From positions 31,684,001 to 31,748,000 of the forward strand of contig NC_086097.1 of assembly GCF_963921235.1 (NCBI RefSeq): 64,000 bases of DNA, written 5' to 3'. Source of the stretch: Mobula hypostoma (lineage: Eukaryota). Of this stretch, positions 62,788 to 64,000 are shown piece after piece. Positions within the stretch are counted from its first letter, which is position 1, and every line of letters begins with the position of its first letter. Both the position numbers and the translations under genes were made by a program. The notes under the pieces were generated by a model. That model saw only the letters and a program-made list of their open reading frames with translations, was not told where the DNA came from and made no database searches.

Positions 62788-64000
62788 TAGAATCAGAATC
62801 AGAATCAGGTTTATTATCACTGGCATGTGACATGAAATTTGTTAACTTAGCAGCAGCAGTTCAATGCAATACATAATCTAGCAGGGAGAGAAAAAATAAA
62901 CAAGTAAATCAATTACATATATTGAATAGATTTAAAAAAGTACAAAAACAGAAATACTGTATATTTTAAAAAAGTGAGGTAGTGTCCAAAGATTCAATGT
63001 CCATTTAGGAATCGGATGGCAGAGGGGAAGAAGCTGTTCCTGAATCGCTGAGTGTGTGCCTTCAGGCTTCTGTACCTCTTACCTGATGGTAACAGTGAGA
63101 AAAGGGCATGCCCTGGGTGCTGGAGGTCCTTAATAATGGATGCTGCCTTTCTGGGACACTGCTCCCTGAAGATGTCCTGAGTACTTTGTAGGCTAGTGCC
63201 CAAGATGGAGCTGACTAGATTTACAACCTTCTGCAGCTTCTTTCGGTCCTGTGCAGTAGCCCCTCCATACCAGACGGTGATGCTGCGTATTTGGAGCTTC
63301 TGATTCTTATACTGTTCCTCATCAATTGAACTGTTGGATCTCCATCCCATTGGCTCAGGTCACCTGACCTAGCTGGGTCACCTTCATACTGGTCATTGTA
63401 TAGGGCTACAACCAACATTGTTTCATGGTTCTGCCCACCCCGGTCTTGTATATTTGTGCCTTTACACTCTGACTGGTCCAAACCAGTTAAATGAGGCAAC
63501 CCAGACAGAGTCTAATGAGATTACAGATAGCTTCTTTGGTAGGTCTGGCATTTTACGTCACAAGTAGCTACTCCTCCGAAAACGGTCTCCGAGAATTGCT
63601 CTGATTAGATGGTCCCCGAGTCCATGCCCTTTACATAACAAATGGCTACTTGTTTGATAATCGTCTCAGGTTTAGCAGGTTATTACCTGAAGCTTCCTGT
63701 GTCCACATTCAGTTGCTGATTAGATTATCCAAGAGCAAGAATCAGTTTAGAGTCCACAAAAAGGGAGAACAAAACCAACTGGCTTGTCTGGGGTGCTTCC
63801 CCTGTCCTTGATTAGTCTGTAGTTTCTTCTGGCCAACAGCTGACTTGCTAAATCTCTTCAAACTCCTAATAAAGTAGAGCTGCTGTCTTGCCCTCTTTAT
63901 AACTGCATCAATATGTTGGAACCAGGTTAGATCCACAGAGATATTGACACTCTAGAACTTGAGGCTGCTCACTCTCTGCGCTTCTGATCCCTCTATGAGG
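62788..64000 (-). mobile_element. Rex1/Babar-type LINE 3' portion, interrupted at ~63287-63838
   Basis: DLTWFQHIDAVIKRARQQLYFIRSLKRF, then ITVWYGG...LLPSGKRYRSLKAHTQRFRNSFFPSAIRFLN; (AGAATC)n tail. Confidence 0.85.

Overview
Vertebrate nuclear DNA, most likely a cartilaginous fish (shark/ray). This is inferred from the repeat mix: dense CR1 LINEs, V-domain tRNA-SINEs, Rex1/Babar LINEs and Penelope-like elements. Most of the window is intronic sequence of one plus-strand coiled-coil gene resembling CCDC170. Four exons (30445-30701, 31580-31724, 54382-54567, 61097-61414) resemble consecutive parts of CCDC170. Three upstream phase-compatible exons, plus a possible ATG exon, give an N-terminus I do not recognise. 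The gene continues past the window end. Notable inserts: (1) a full-length, fairly young CsRN1-type Ty3/Gypsy element (4933-9303) with ~97% identical LTRs, a tRNA-Trp PBS, a CHCC Gag knuckle and a G-GGA-AAC -1 frameshift signal with hairpin; (2) an endogenous retrovirus integrase/PPT/LTR remnant (~37656-39240); (3) a 272-bp fold-back insertion flanked by a target-site duplication and carrying two head-to-head minimal hammerhead-ribozyme motifs (49142-49413), part of a dispersed Penelope-derived family; (4) two long nested CR1 copies, a pogo/Tigger-like MITE and several locally generated tandem or inverted repeats. All family assignments come from motif recognition by eye; no database searches were run.
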